This document shows, piece by piece, positions 17,830 through 29,122 of a stretch of DNA of 64,000 bases (within the stretch, counting starts at the first letter, position 1; every line of letters starts with the position of its first letter). The notes beneath the pieces are model-generated. The model saw only the letters and a list, made by a program, of their open reading frames with translations. It was not told the DNA's origin and ran no database searches. Source of the DNA: an uncultured virus (IMG/VR IMGVR_UViG_3300033066_002331). Lineage: Duplodnaviria; Heunggongvirae; Uroviricota; Caudoviricetes. The stretch lies in the IMG/VR virus record IMGVR_UViG_3300033066_002331; one strand, 5' to 3'. The translations under genes were made by a program, and so were the position numbers.

Positions 17830-18597
17830 TCGTTTTTTTCTTTAATTCCATACCAATGAGAGTTAATAAACTTCCCATAACAAAAAGGCCTAAACCTGCT
17901 AATATAATATATGACATCATAATTTAACTAAATGTTTTAATAAAATTTTTTCAGAAATTGACTTTTCTTCGATTAAATAAATTAATCTATCCATCTTGCA
18001 ATCAATTTCCTTATCAAACTCAGTTAGAGTTATTCCCAAAAAAGGATTTCTTTGCCACCACCAATCTACTCCACAATTACCAAACCACTCTTTATTTTTA
18101 ACAACTCCTTTATTCCCTCTATTAGCTCTGTCATCGGCCTTAAAAATATTATCAATAAGTTCTATTGATATATTCTTAGGAGAATATCCAAGTTCAATAA
18201 GCCTTTTTCTATCCTTTGGGCTGATTCTCTTGTGTCTGTAATTTTTCATTTTCTTCAATTTTAATATAACCAAATTCAGAGAAAAGAGCAATAGCTTTTT
18301 CTGTATAAAACTCTCTTAGCTTGCCCAATGTAATTCCTTTTTGCCCCTCAGCAAAAAACCATAGAGGTCTTAAAATTTCAACTTTATTTAAATTACGTTT
18401 TATCATTAAATCATATAAAGTACCATTCATCTTATTTTCAAAATCTGTATAATCAGGCTTCTCTCTCGCCATAAAGCCAAGAGTTTTGTATTCGTCTTGA
18501 AAATGGTCTTTTAAAAGGCCATCAATAGGCCCATCGCCTATGTTATTATTATTTCCTACCATTGTATTTTTTATTTATTAAGCAAAGATATAAAAAT

Positions 18598-19158
18598 TTA
18601 TTTATTACTGCCACTTTTGATGCTATATTTATTCCAAATTTCTAAATCTAAATCTGCTGGTTTTCTTTTATGTTTTTTACAATAAGATATAAATTCCTTT
18701 TCAAGCTCCAGATATTTTTTTGAACTAGGAGTTGATTTAGGAGTATTTAATCCTAATTCATCTCTCAGCCACTTTAATATATGAGTGTCTAAAACTGCCA
18801 CTTCTTGATTTGGCCTTGAATGAAGGATATAGAACCTGGCTGTTTTAGGGCCTATTCCAGGAATTTTCTCAAGGTCTGCAACTGAACAGGCGAAAACATC
18901 CAAATCAACGATTTGAGAGAAAGCTTTGACCAATCTATTATATTGACCAAGCTTAGCATTTTGTATACGCTCTAACAATATTCCATCCCATCTATACTTT
19001 CTTAATAAATTAAAAGGAGACCTTCCTGATAAAAATGATTCAAGTTTCTTTGCTTGAATAGAGGCTGTTTTTCCTGCAACAAGTAAACAGAATATAAGAA
19101 ACTCTTCAAGTTCTTCTTTGCTCCTATTATAGTTAGTTATTTTAGTAGGGTCAATCAT
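18598..19158 (-). CDS. HhH-GPD DNA glycosylase (OGG/N-glycosylase-like)
   Basis: IPGIGPKTARF, AVLDTHILKWLR, YLELEK, DLEIW. Confidence 0.8.
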   Translation of the reverse strand: MIDPTKITNYNRSKEELEEFLIFCLLVAGKTASIQAKKLESFLSGRSPFNLLRKYRWDGILLERIQNAKLGQYNRLVKAFSQIVDLDVFACSVADLEKIPGIGPKTARFYILHSRPNQEVAVLDTHILKWLRDELGLNTPKSTPSSKKYLELEKEFISYCKKHKRKPADLDLEIWNKYSIKSGSNK

Positions 19159-21405
19159 TTAGAAGTTTAACGTTAGCATAACTTTTTGTAAGTCTTTCAA
19201 ACCATCAATTGTTTGTGCAACAAGCATAAACGTTTCATCATTACGAGCTGAGTCCTCAGAAAATTCTATATAAAACTTTTCATCCTTACCTTTAAAAATA
19301 CGAATTGAATCTAAAAATAAGCCAGAATGATTTGAAAATGCTATATTTTGATTAGCTGGAGATTTAAGACGAGCTATATATGCAAATGCACAATTTAATT
19401 TTATATCTCCATATTGTACAGAACTTTCTTGAATTTCTGATAAACCTTCTCTTTGAATGTGAGTACTTGTTGGTTTTTGAGATTTAAGAACATCTAAAAT
19501 AGAATTTAACTCTTCTTTATTTAATTTTACACAACTAGAAAATTTAAATTCTTTCATTTCCTTAGATGTAAGCTTTCTAACTCCACTTGTATTTTTTTTA
19601 GCTTTATTTTCTTCAGCTAAATCTAAATCACGTTTCATTGTTTTTAAAATTTCTTTCCATTTATCTACTGGAACATCTCTTGAATCTCCGACAATATCAA
19701 CTTCAACAATTTTTTTCAAATCATTTTTCATAGCTATATAACTACGTCTATTATGATTAGGAGAATCCGATGGGGCTTTAAGTCCAACACCAGTTTCTGT
19801 TTCAAGAGAGTAAGATTTACAATATTCAGATTCTTCAGAATCAATTTTACAAATAAAGAAATCTCCATTTTCTTGAACTATAACATCATCACCTTTTTTA
19901 GAAGGAGTTCCTTTCTTATATGCAGAAACTAATTTGTATTTAACATCAGTGTGTTTATCAAATTTTTGTAAAAAAGCAAGTGCTTGCCTTTTATTTTCTT
20001 TTTCTTCACTTGAATTTTTTAAAATATCCCATGCAACATCAGTTCCATATTTTATATAAGATTCATGTGCATTCTTTGGCATCTTACAAAGTAAAGAATA
20101 TTCTTTTGATAATGGATAAAAAGTTTGTGATTTTGATTCTTGAGTTGAAGTATCATCATTGGAAAAAACTTCTAAAAGTTTTAATTCAGCATCTGTTATT
20201 AATTCTCCAGAATCTTTTTTAGCTTGAATTTCCTTTTTGAATTTTTCGATTTTTTCTAAAATTTCATTAGATTCTTTATGGAAATTCTTTTCCTGATTTT
20301 TAATGCTTCTACTACGAATATTATGTTCTTTTCTAAAAGCAATTAATTTTTTATAGTTTTCAGATTCAAAAATTACATCTAAATCTTTTTTCAATTCTCC
20401 TGAAGGACGGCCTTCAAATAAAGCATTTGAAAATATTGTACTATCTGAGTCTGCAGCACCTTCTTCTATAATAAAGCCTTCTTTATTCCACCCAAATCCA
20501 GTTCCAATAACACATAATAAATAATTTAGCACACTCCATAAATTTGGATAAAGTGAATGGTACTCATAGTTTTTATCTGTCATGAGCTGAATCCACTCCT
20601 CCATAGTTTTATTTTGTTTCGATTGAAGCTCATAAAGAGGGTTTGTGACTCTTTCATCTGTTACATCATCATCATCAAACGGAAATCCATCATTTGACAC
20701 TGAGAATCCCCAAGCATCATATACAATACCATTATATTTTTCTCCATACTTTTCAATAGCTTCTTCTTCTATTTCACTAATAGGATATTTTGGATTTTCT
20801 CCTCCTTGCCCAATAAATCTACAAGAGTTTAATAATCTATCATATTTCCAATAGATATAAGCTAGTTCTTTTGGATGTTCCAAAAGATATTCCATATGTT
20901 TAACAGAAACAGCCAAAAGGTCTTTCCATAATTTATCAAAAGCATAGTCTGTATCTTCTTCTGAATCACTACAAATTTCCTCATAAGAAAAAGGATGAAT
21001 GATTGGTTCATCATCAATAAACCCAATAGGCCTATATCCACGTTTTAGGTCTTTCTTTGAAAAAATCTTTGTGCTAATAATTTTCTTAAGCAAGTCTCCT
21101 GCATCATAATAATTGACATCAAGAGTAACTAATGATAATAAAGAATTTTCATCTCTTTTAAAATAAGGGACCATGATTTTTGTTTCAAGGTCAACTAAAA
21201 TTTCATATAAAAATCTAACTCCTAAATTAGGATAATCGAAATTTCTTTTTAATTCACTTGTACCATCTTGCCAAGTAAAACCTTTTTTAAAAAGTTTTTG
21301 TTGAGTTTCTTTTTGATAATAAGGACTACCAAGTCTAAGTACGACTTTTGTAAAATCTATTTCTTTAGATTCAACTTCTGGAGTTTTCTTTAAAATATCT
21401 AGCAT
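19159..21405 (-). CDS. large hypothetical protein
   Basis: 748-aa ORF preceded by an ECF-like promoter at 21413-21439. Confidence 0.7.
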   Translation of the reverse strand: MLDILKKTPEVESKEIDFTKVVLRLGSPYYQKETQQKLFKKGFTWQDGTSELKRNFDYPNLGVRFLYEILVDLETKIMVPYFKRDENSLLSLVTLDVNYYDAGDLLKKIISTKIFSKKDLKRGYRPIGFIDDEPIIHPFSYEEICSDSEEDTDYAFDKLWKDLLAVSVKHMEYLLEHPKELAYIYWKYDRLLNSCRFIGQGGENPKYPISEIEEEAIEKYGEKYNGIVYDAWGFSVSNDGFPFDDDDVTDERVTNPLYELQSKQNKTMEEWIQLMTDKNYEYHSLYPNLWSVLNYLLCVIGTGFGWNKEGFIIEEGAADSDSTIFSNALFEGRPSGELKKDLDVIFESENYKKLIAFRKEHNIRSRSIKNQEKNFHKESNEILEKIEKFKKEIQAKKDSGELITDAELKLLEVFSNDDTSTQESKSQTFYPLSKEYSLLCKMPKNAHESYIKYGTDVAWDILKNSSEEKENKRQALAFLQKFDKHTDVKYKLVSAYKKGTPSKKGDDVIVQENGDFFICKIDSEESEYCKSYSLETETGVGLKAPSDSPNHNRRSYIAMKNDLKKIVEVDIVGDSRDVPVDKWKEILKTMKRDLDLAEENKAKKNTSGVRKLTSKEMKEFKFSSCVKLNKEELNSILDVLKSQKPTSTHIQREGLSEIQESSVQYGDIKLNCAFAYIARLKSPANQNIAFSNHSGLFLDSIRIFKGKDEKFYIEFSEDSARNDETFMLVAQTIDGLKDLQKVMLTLNF

Positions 21406-21615
21406 ACTATCTTTATACGCAAAATATTGAAAAAGGTTTATAGACTTTTAATATTATCCCAATTTTTTAAAAAAGCAGACAAACTATTATAATCACACAT
21501 ACTTTCAATTTTATTTCCTGTAGAAATACTAATCATACCTCGTCCATTGTCTTTATGAACAATTTTTAACTCATATTCTTTTCCTGTATTATACCCACAA
21601 GAACCATTTTGGCCC

Positions 21616-21942
21616 TTAAATGTTGCTTTTGCTCGTATTGTCATTGTCTTCTTCTTTTTTATAAAATTGATAATCCCCTGTTTGTTTTAAAAAGTCTAAA
21701 TTAGGCTGAAGGGATGATGCTGGAGTTTCTGATTCTTCTGGCACTTCTTTCCTGGCCTTTGGCATTTCAGTCTTAGGCTGATAAACTTTTTTTTCTTTAG
21801 GCTCAGACTTTTTTTCTTTAAGAATATTTGGACAGTTTATTTCACACCAAGCAATATATTGATAATCTATTTTCTTAATCAAGGCAATACTTTTACCAGC
21901 ATATTTACCAGATTTTAAAATAAAATTATCATTAAGTGCCAT
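21616..21942 (-). CDS. DUF3820/ExoX-C-like protein
   Basis: SGKYAGKSI...YIAWC; start likely MALNDNF. Confidence 0.5.
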   Translation of the reverse strand: MALNDNFILKSGKYAGKSIALIKKIDYQYIAWCEINCPNILKEKKSEPKEKKVYQPKTEMPKARKEVPEESETPASSLQPNLDFLKQTGDYQFYKKEEDNDNTSKSNI

Positions 21943-21992
21943 TTTTTTATTTTTTAAAATATTTATATGTATAACAAAAGTAATACAAATAT

Positions 21993-22157
21993 ATGAAAAC
22001 ACAAAATAAAAAAACAAAAGAACAAGATGTAATCTGGCCTATTCGTATGAAAGAGAGTCTTAAAAAACAATTTAAAGAAGTATGTGATAAACATGGATAC
22101 TCTATGAGTAAACGTATTAAAGTTCTTATTCAAGAAGAAATAAATCAAAATATATAA
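21993..22157 (+). CDS. ribbon-helix-helix-like small DNA-binding protein (absent from ORF track)
   Basis: MKTQNKKTKEQDVIWPIRMKESLKKQFKEVCDKHGYSMSKRIKVLIQEEINQNI. Confidence 0.6.
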   Translation: MKTQNKKTKEQDVIWPIRMKESLKKQFKEVCDKHGYSMSKRIKVLIQEEINQNI

Positions 22158-22161
22158 TATT

Positions 22162-22764
22162 ATGAAAAGAAATAGAAAAGAGTACCTCAAAGAATATTAC
22201 AAAAAGAACAAAGAAAGATTAAAAAAAGACTATGAAGATAACAAAGATAAAATATTAGCCTCCAGGAAAGAATATTATTCTAAAAATAAAGATAAAATAA
22301 GAAAAGACAATAAAAAGTATTATGACAATAATATAGAAAAAGTTCTTTTAAACAAAAAAAAATATAGAAGTAAAAATAAACAAATTATAAGCCAAGAAAA
22401 GAATAACTATAAAAAAGAAAGATTAAAAAAAGACCCAGTTTATAAACTAAAATGTAATATTAAATGTTTAATTAGAAATTCTATTTTTTTAAAAGGGTTT
22501 AAAAAAAATTCAAAAACTGCAGAAATTTTAGGATGTACAATAGGTCAATTTAAAGAATATCTTGAATCTCAATTTAAATCTTGGATGAATTGGAATAATT
22601 ATGGTAAATATAATGGCGAATTAAATTATGGCTGGGATATTGACCATATAATACCTTCATCTTCAGCAAGTACAGAAAATGAAGTTATACAGCTAAATCA
22701 CTACACAAATTTACAACCACTGTGTAGTAAAATTAATAGAGATATAAAAAAAAATAAATATTAA
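22162..22764 (+). CDS. HNH-type homing endonuclease
   Basis: Basic repeats, then ILGC...MNWNNYG...WDIDHIIP...NHYTNLQPL. Confidence 0.8.
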   Translation: MKRNRKEYLKEYYKKNKERLKKDYEDNKDKILASRKEYYSKNKDKIRKDNKKYYDNNIEKVLLNKKKYRSKNKQIISQEKNNYKKERLKKDPVYKLKCNIKCLIRNSIFLKGFKKNSKTAEILGCTIGQFKEYLESQFKSWMNWNNYGKYNGELNYGWDIDHIIPSSSASTENEVIQLNHYTNLQPLCSKINRDIKKNKY

Positions 22765-22830
22765 TATCAATTTTCTTTACCAACTCTAAGGATTTTCCTT
22801 CATGTTTACCTGACCTAAAAATCATTTTAA

Positions 22831-23373
22831 CTATTTTTTCAACATTTTTCTAAAAACTGTTGCTCTTCTTGCTTGTTCTTCAACTGCTTTATCTGCCCAT
22901 TTCTTTTTCATATCAAAAGAACTTGTTGGTATAAAAGCACCTGATTTAGGAGCTCCTGAATCTTCCAATTTAATTGCCCATAGAGCAGATGCAATACTCA
23001 TCATATTTCCATAGCCAATTTTATCCCCAAGTGTTTTAACAAGTTCTACTTCTATTTTATGAGAAGCTTCCCATTCTTTTAAAATAGCTGGTTTTTGATT
23101 TTCTTTAAATTCTTCACACAAGGTTTTATTTTTCATAATTAAATCTTCTTTTTGTTTCTTACTTAATTGTTTTATTCTATACTCTTCTTTTGCCGCTTCT
23201 GATTTATTTGTTTTTGTTAAACTCATCATTAATTTTACAGGACCTCTTCCTCTAGTATATTTTGCACCTATACCAGAATTATGAGCTTCAATACGTTTTT
23301 TTAAATTATTGGTAATTCCTGTATAAAAGCTATTGTCAGAGCATTTGACAATGTAAACATACCAAATATCCAT
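22831..23373 (-). CDS. GIY-YIG nuclease with C-terminal extension
   Basis: WYVYIVKCSDNSFYTGITNNLKKRIEAHNSGIGAKYTRGRGP. Confidence 0.85.
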   Translation of the reverse strand: MDIWYVYIVKCSDNSFYTGITNNLKKRIEAHNSGIGAKYTRGRGPVKLMMSLTKTNKSEAAKEEYRIKQLSKKQKEDLIMKNKTLCEEFKENQKPAILKEWEASHKIEVELVKTLGDKIGYGNMMSIASALWAIKLEDSGAPKSGAFIPTSSFDMKKKWADKAVEEQARRATVFRKMLKK

Positions 23374-24163
23374 AATTTATAAAAACTTGCCAGTCCACTT
23401 ACTTCTAATCTTTTTAGGATATGTTTTATGATTATATCCTCCAGAGTCTGTTGTTGTTAATAATAAAACATCATTCTCTATACCGCTATCTATTAATTTT
23501 TTCATTAGCATTTTAAAATAATTAATAGGATAACACGAAGTCTCTCCAGTTTCACTATCTGTATAAGTAGTATTATTACCTCCCATGAAGGCCCAAACTT
23601 TATATTTCTTATTATACTCTTTATGCTTTTTTTCAAAGATTTCATCAGAACCAAAATCTTCAAAATTACTACCATCAGGATAAAACCAAGCTCCATAAAT
23701 ATAAGATTTTTGAGCTTTCATAGACTTATATTGTCCACGTTTTATAACTCTCGGTTTTTCTTTAGGATATAATTCTGTATTAATTTCTTTAAGTGCTTTT
23801 CCTATTTGTTTAACCATAGGAGTTTTTTTCTTAGCTAAAAAAAGTATTGTTCTTCCTGTACTCATAGTGCAAATTTAACGAACTGCAAGTTTATCTCCAA
23901 ATTTATCTTTTAAATTGCGCAAATAATCAGGTCTATAAAGAGCATCTTTTTTTTGAATAAATTCTAATTTACATATTTTTTCTACTTGTGAAATAACATT
24001 AGCACGTTTAACCATAGATAAATCTTCTACAATTAACATTATAATTGTACTTCCAACCTTGTTATAGATATGGACAACATCTTTGCCTATTTTTCTATCT
24101 AAATCAAGTTGCATGCCTTCTAAGTGGTCATATCCACCAAAACTTAAGCGAAATTGATATTCC

Positions 24164-25036
24164 TCAATTACTAATGCTTGTGTTACCATAAAATTGTTTT
24201 TTTATTATTGTTGATAATTGGTCAAAATTTTCAATATACTTTTGCCAAACGTCTGGATTAAGATGAGGTTTACCAAAATTTGAATTAGGTAAGCCTACAT
24301 TTTTAGTTTCTTTTTTTAATACGGAAATAATATTATCTCCATTGTTTAAAAAAAAACATAATGTATTTAAAATTTCATACAATTTTTTAGCGTCTCCATT
24401 AAATTGCAGAGTTCTTAACTCGACACCTTGTTCACTATCTTGTAAATCATTATAATTTTTAATTAAAATACCTCCATCGCCTTTTTTAGCCCAAGAAGCA
24501 GACATATAATTAACAGTTTTACTAAAACCACTTGAGATTCTTTCTTTGGAGCAATATAGTAATTCAAGGGTCATCAAAATCCAATACATCTTAGGTGTTA
24601 ATTTTACATCACCTAAATTAATATGTAAACTATGCTTTCCTTTTGGAATTAAATTAAGTTGATTTAATATGTCAACTTGCTTACAAATAAGCGAAATGTC
24701 ATAAGCAGGATTAAAAGCAAATTCCCAATATTTATCAAGACCATGCGGTATTCCACATTCAATAGTTTTTTCTAATTTTTCCTGCAACTCTTTCTCTGCT
24801 TCTGCTATTTCAAGTTTTATCTTTGTTTTTTCTGAATAATCTAAAGCAAGATAATCTTTTAAGTTGGTGAAATACTTTTTATGTATTTCAGGAAAATAAT
24901 ATTTAAACTTTACTTCAATCTCTATCCCAATAGAAACAGACGAAACTGCAGTATCAAAATGACTAGAATTTACTTTAAATGCAGATTCTAATTTTGAAAT
25001 TGTTTCAGTAGAGATTTTATCAAAATTATTTTGCAT
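24164..25036 (-). CDS. putative amidoligase-like (COOH-NH2 ligase) protein
   Basis: IGIEIEV, WEFAFNP, HSLHINLG, GVELRT. Confidence 0.5.
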   Translation of the reverse strand: MQNNFDKISTETISKLESAFKVNSSHFDTAVSSVSIGIEIEVKFKYYFPEIHKKYFTNLKDYLALDYSEKTKIKLEIAEAEKELQEKLEKTIECGIPHGLDKYWEFAFNPAYDISLICKQVDILNQLNLIPKGKHSLHINLGDVKLTPKMYWILMTLELLYCSKERISSGFSKTVNYMSASWAKKGDGGILIKNYNDLQDSEQGVELRTLQFNGDAKKLYEILNTLCFFLNNGDNIISVLKKETKNVGLPNSNFGKPHLNPDVWQKYIENFDQLSTIIKKQFYGNTSISN

Positions 25037-26809
25037 TTAGTATACCAATTCTGGTTTAACTTCTTCTGTATGATTATCTTTATGTAAAACTCTGTATTTT
25101 ACATAGTATTCATACTTAGCTCCACCAATTATAATATCATCTATTACTACCTTAGCAGAATCCCTTTTAAGATAAACAAAATCTCCAACCTTATATTTAA
25201 GTATTGATGTTGCTTCATCACGATGAACCATTGCTTTAGTTAAAGATTTATATATTGAAAGCTGTCTTACTTCCTTAACTAGTGAATCTCTTTTATAAGA
25301 ACAAGTCGAGTTTAAAATTTCCTCATCTTGAATTTTCTTATTTGCTTCTTTTAAATCTTTATGAATAGTAAAAGCAAAAAACATTATTCCTGCGTATACT
25401 AAAATTCCACATAAAACTTGAAGTCCTACTTTCCAGCCTATTTGATTAGTTGTTTGATTTTCCATAATTTATTTTTTCTTTAAGAAAACTGATTCAAATT
25501 CCTTATAAAGTTTATTATTATTTTTATCCCTCAGATGAACCATTGCTGATTTAATTTTAGCATTTGATATTACTCTATCTAATCTAAGTCCAAAACTTGT
25601 ATAAGAAGAATCTCCATTACCAATAATTAAATTCATTCCTTTATTTTTAAGAGATATTCTGCCACCTCCACGGTCTTCAAATGAGTCAAAAAAACGAATG
25701 TTATAGCAAGAAGATGCAAAACATCTTGGATGTCCATTTCTATTGGCTTGTTGTTTATCTTCCTCAAATTTTTTATTTGCTAATACTGAAAATGTAATTA
25801 AAAAATTTATTGAGGCAGCATCCTGTTTATCTCCATCAACTACATAGGTCCAACTTTCGTTTTCCCACATATTTCTTTCTGTTATAGCTATTAACATATT
25901 TTATTTAAAAAAGGTTTCAATAATTGGCTTCATAAACATTTGCATGTACATATCATCAGTCACCTCAACAGTTTCTGATTCGTGTTCTCCTTTTGACTTT
26001 GTATATACTGCAATTCCAGAGAAACGATAAAATGAATGTTTAGACATTTTAACAGTTTTCTCAGAACTTTTAAATGTTACATTTTCAAGCCCAGATTCAT
26101 CATCTGGAAAAAATTCAATTCCCTTACTTTTTAATTGAGAAACCAGTTTGTTAATACTTGGTTTCATTTTTTCGATGTGTGCTTGTGAATTAAAGCTCAT
26201 ATTTATTTTTTAGTTGTTAATTTAATTTTTAAATCGAATGGCACTCCAAGTTCTAATAATTTAGTTTTAGATAAAGGATATTTAACATGACGTTCATTAA
26301 CTCTAATTCTTTCTCCTGTTATTTTACTAAATGTAGTCCCATATCTTGTTTGAAATAATTTTCCATTATGGATATAAATATTTTCATAGCGCCATTTACC
26401 TTGCCAGCCATGGCAAGCAAATTCATTAAAAGGACATTTTTGTCTAAATAATTCTACACCATTTAAAAAGAAAACCATCCAATTTCTACGTTTTTTATCT
26501 TTACCTAACTTAGAATGTAAATATTTTTCTGTTAATTCAAATTCCATATTTTTTATTTCTTTTGTTTGTTATTAAGCAAAATATTAGTTTGAATATTAAC
26601 TAAACTTTCCATAATATGCTCTTGATTCTCAAGAATTTGAAATAACATACCTGGTATGTTTTGAGGATTTTCATTGGTAGTTATTTTTTCAGTTTCGCTA
26701 ATTCGCTCTCTAAGAGTAGCAATTCTTAACTCTAAATTATTTTTATTAACCCTTTCACGCTCTTCTCTTTCATTTTTTCCTTTTATGAGAGCTATTAATC
26801 TTGTAGTCA

Positions 26810-27445
26810 TTATTTCTTATCTTTTTTTATTGTAACGCCAGCGTTCATAACTTTATAGAGACGCAATTGAACTTGTAAAATCAATTTAATATTTTCATAA
26901 ACAGCTGCTTGCTCAGGAAATAATCTTCTACCAGTTTTAAGTAATGGAATAGTTTTCTGCTCTGTTTCTTCAACATAAGAAACTTGTTTTTCTGGAGCAA
27001 ATCCACCAACCATTGTCATGATATTATGAAATCTATCAATGCCTTTAGCAGGACCAACAATAGGACAAGGTTCCATATCTTTATAATAGATTTCATCAGG
27101 AATTCTTATACCATTTCTAACCTTTGATATTCTTATTGTAGCTTCTCCAACAATCTTACCAAATAATCTCACAAGTTCTTCTAATGTAATATCATAGTCC
27201 TCGTGAATATCATGCAAAAATATGACACATAATACCTCTTCTGGATACATGAAAAGGTCAATCAATGTGATTGCATATGCAGCTTGAGTCACTTGATGTG
27301 AGAATTCAGGGGCTCCATCTTTTCTTGTGCCAGTGTGATGTTTCTCAGCAAAATTCATTGCCTTAACAGCCAAGTGATAGCCTCTACCTTGCATCCATGA
27401 GCGGACGAATAACTTTAATTTCTTGTACTCTTGTTCTTGTAACAT
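26810..27445 (-). CDS. HD-domain hydrolase, RelA/SpoT hydrolase (Mesh1/SAH)-like
   Basis: AEKHHTGTRKDG.P...H, FLHDIHED, KGIDRFHNI. Confidence 0.8.
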   Translation of the reverse strand: MLQEQEYKKLKLFVRSWMQGRGYHLAVKAMNFAEKHHTGTRKDGAPEFSHQVTQAAYAITLIDLFMYPEEVLCVIFLHDIHEDYDITLEELVRLFGKIVGEATIRISKVRNGIRIPDEIYYKDMEPCPIVGPAKGIDRFHNIMTMVGGFAPEKQVSYVEETEQKTIPLLKTGRRLFPEQAAVYENIKLILQVQLRLYKVMNAGVTIKKDKK

Positions 27446-27451
27446 ATCTTA

Positions 27452-28198
27452 TTATTTTAAATTTAAAAATCCAATTTCTCTAACACTTCTTACACCCATT
27501 TTATCAAGTAAAAATCTTTGAACTTCTTTGCTGTGAAAATAATCAAGTACATAATCACTCATATAGTGATTGTCTTTAACTGCTTGAATAAGAACTTCTG
27601 TTGGATATCCACCCCAAAACTTAGCAAGCTCTTCCACTTTGTAATTTTTATCGAAATCTCTCTTTAAGGCTTCTTTCTTTTCTTCAAGGCTTTTATATTT
27701 CTCCTTGATATCATTTCTGTCCCAGGTTGTTTTATCAACATTATCAATTGAATAGAATGCACGTTTAAGAGCAAATAACTGCGATTGTATATAGTCATGT
27801 CCACTTACAGTAACCCCATTAGGATATTTTTTCCATTCATTCTGACAATCATTACACTTATTTACCTCTGTGGTATCGAATTTACCATCAATTTTTCCTG
27901 ATGAAAAACCAGAACCTCCGAAACTGAAATGACCACTGCTACTACCTTTTATTTCACCTTCAAAGCGCTTAATTCTGTCGTTGACTCTTTCACTTTTACA
28001 TTTAGGACAAACGTTATTAAAATTATCTCTTTCCTCTATTCTTTTTATTTCTTCTGCAGCAGCAAGCTTGCTGGCTGATTCTTTTAATTTGGCATATTCA
28101 GTTTTAAGATAATCTAACTGCTTATCAGTTAGTGGTTCAATAACTGCTTTAGTTTCTTTCTTTTTAGATGAGAATATTTTTTTTAAAAAATCTATCAT
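27452..28198 (-). CDS. zinc-ribbon-containing hypothetical protein
   Basis: CPKC ... CNDC. Confidence 0.55.
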   Translation of the reverse strand: MIDFLKKIFSSKKKETKAVIEPLTDKQLDYLKTEYAKLKESASKLAAAEEIKRIEERDNFNNVCPKCKSERVNDRIKRFEGEIKGSSSGHFSFGGSGFSSGKIDGKFDTTEVNKCNDCQNEWKKYPNGVTVSGHDYIQSQLFALKRAFYSIDNVDKTTWDRNDIKEKYKSLEEKKEALKRDFDKNYKVEELAKFWGGYPTEVLIQAVKDNHYMSDYVLDYFHSKEVQRFLLDKMGVRSVREIGFLNLK

Positions 28199-28236
28199 GG
28201 TGTTTTAATCTTATACGTTAATTTTAAAAAAAGGTT

Positions 28237-28869
28237 TTATTGTAAATCATTTTCTTGCTCATTAATTACTCTAAAGGTCATATTTACTCTTGGAGATTCT
28301 TCTTCCTCTTTAGGAACACTATGTTGCCATTTATGTTGTATTTCTCCTGCCATAATCAAAAGACTACCATGCTCTAATTTAATATCTCGTTTTAAAGTTT
28401 TATCTTCTAAATGTTTTAATTTAAATGTTCTAGTAGCACCCAAACTTATTGAAGCTATATAAGGATTTAAACCTAATTCAGGAGAATCATCGCAATGCCA
28501 AGCCACACTATCATCACCATTTCTATACAGGTTTATTAAAACGCTTGAAAAGTCTATACCAGTTTTTTCTTTAAGCTTTGTATTTAATTCAAGCAATTCT
28601 GGTTTCCAAGGTTCAGGAGTCAAATATATTCCAGAGTAAGTAAATGTTTTATTCTCATCTCCATACCAAGCTTGAAGTCTTGGAACCAACTGCACATTAC
28701 CTTTAAAGTTTATTTTGTCTTGTCGCCACTCTGTATATTCCTGAATCTTTGTTAATAACAAATCACCTTCTTCTTTAGTTAAGAAATTTGGATAATAATA
28801 AACTTCTCCATCTTTTGGAAGTAAGTTTATAGTCTCAAATTCTTCAGGCTCAAATAGTGTTAATTCCAT
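28237..28869 (-). CDS. alkB: AlkB-family 2OG-Fe(II) dioxygenase
   Basis: PRLQAWYG, LINLYRNGDDSVAWHCDD, WQHSVPK, RVNMTFR; start MELTLF (28869) preceded by a TAACTTTG promoter. Confidence 0.9.
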   Translation of the reverse strand: MELTLFEPEEFETINLLPKDGEVYYYPNFLTKEEGDLLLTKIQEYTEWRQDKINFKGNVQLVPRLQAWYGDENKTFTYSGIYLTPEPWKPELLELNTKLKEKTGIDFSSVLINLYRNGDDSVAWHCDDSPELGLNPYIASISLGATRTFKLKHLEDKTLKRDIKLEHGSLLIMAGEIQHKWQHSVPKEEEESPRVNMTFRVINEQENDLQ

Positions 28870-28902
28870 GTTGACAAAGTTATAACAAAAAAATGTATAA
28901 AA

Positions 28903-28929
28903 CAAAAAACCTGGATAAATTATCCAGGT
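28903..28929 (-). terminator. intrinsic terminator
   Basis: ACCTGGATA/TATCCAGGT stem followed by a T run on the minus strand. Confidence 0.7.
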
Positions 28930-29011
28930 CATTGGCCTTCGAGTACTTTTTTCCACCACCTCACAATTAAGTAAGATTCTCAGGCTGGCTATGGTCGCAC
29001 GTCATCTTTAG

Positions 29012-29122
29012 TTATTTTTTACGTTTAATGCCACATTTGTAGCATTCTTTGTATTTAATTTCTTTAGAACGATAATTCCAGAAGTGGTCACAGAGGAAAA
29101 GGCTTTTTAGATAAGAAAACAT
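29012..29122 (-). CDS. 36-aa zinc-ribbon peptide (absent from ORF track)
   Basis: MFSYLKSLFLCDHFW...ECYKCGIKRKK; ECF-like promoter variant upstream (29149-29176). Confidence 0.55.
   Translation of the reverse strand: MFSYLKSLFLCDHFWNYRSKEIKYKECYKCGIKRKK

Noticed and set aside
28870..28959. N-terminal extension of AlkB in the ORF track
   Set aside because: Runs through a terminator and promoter; the real start is likely ATG 28869
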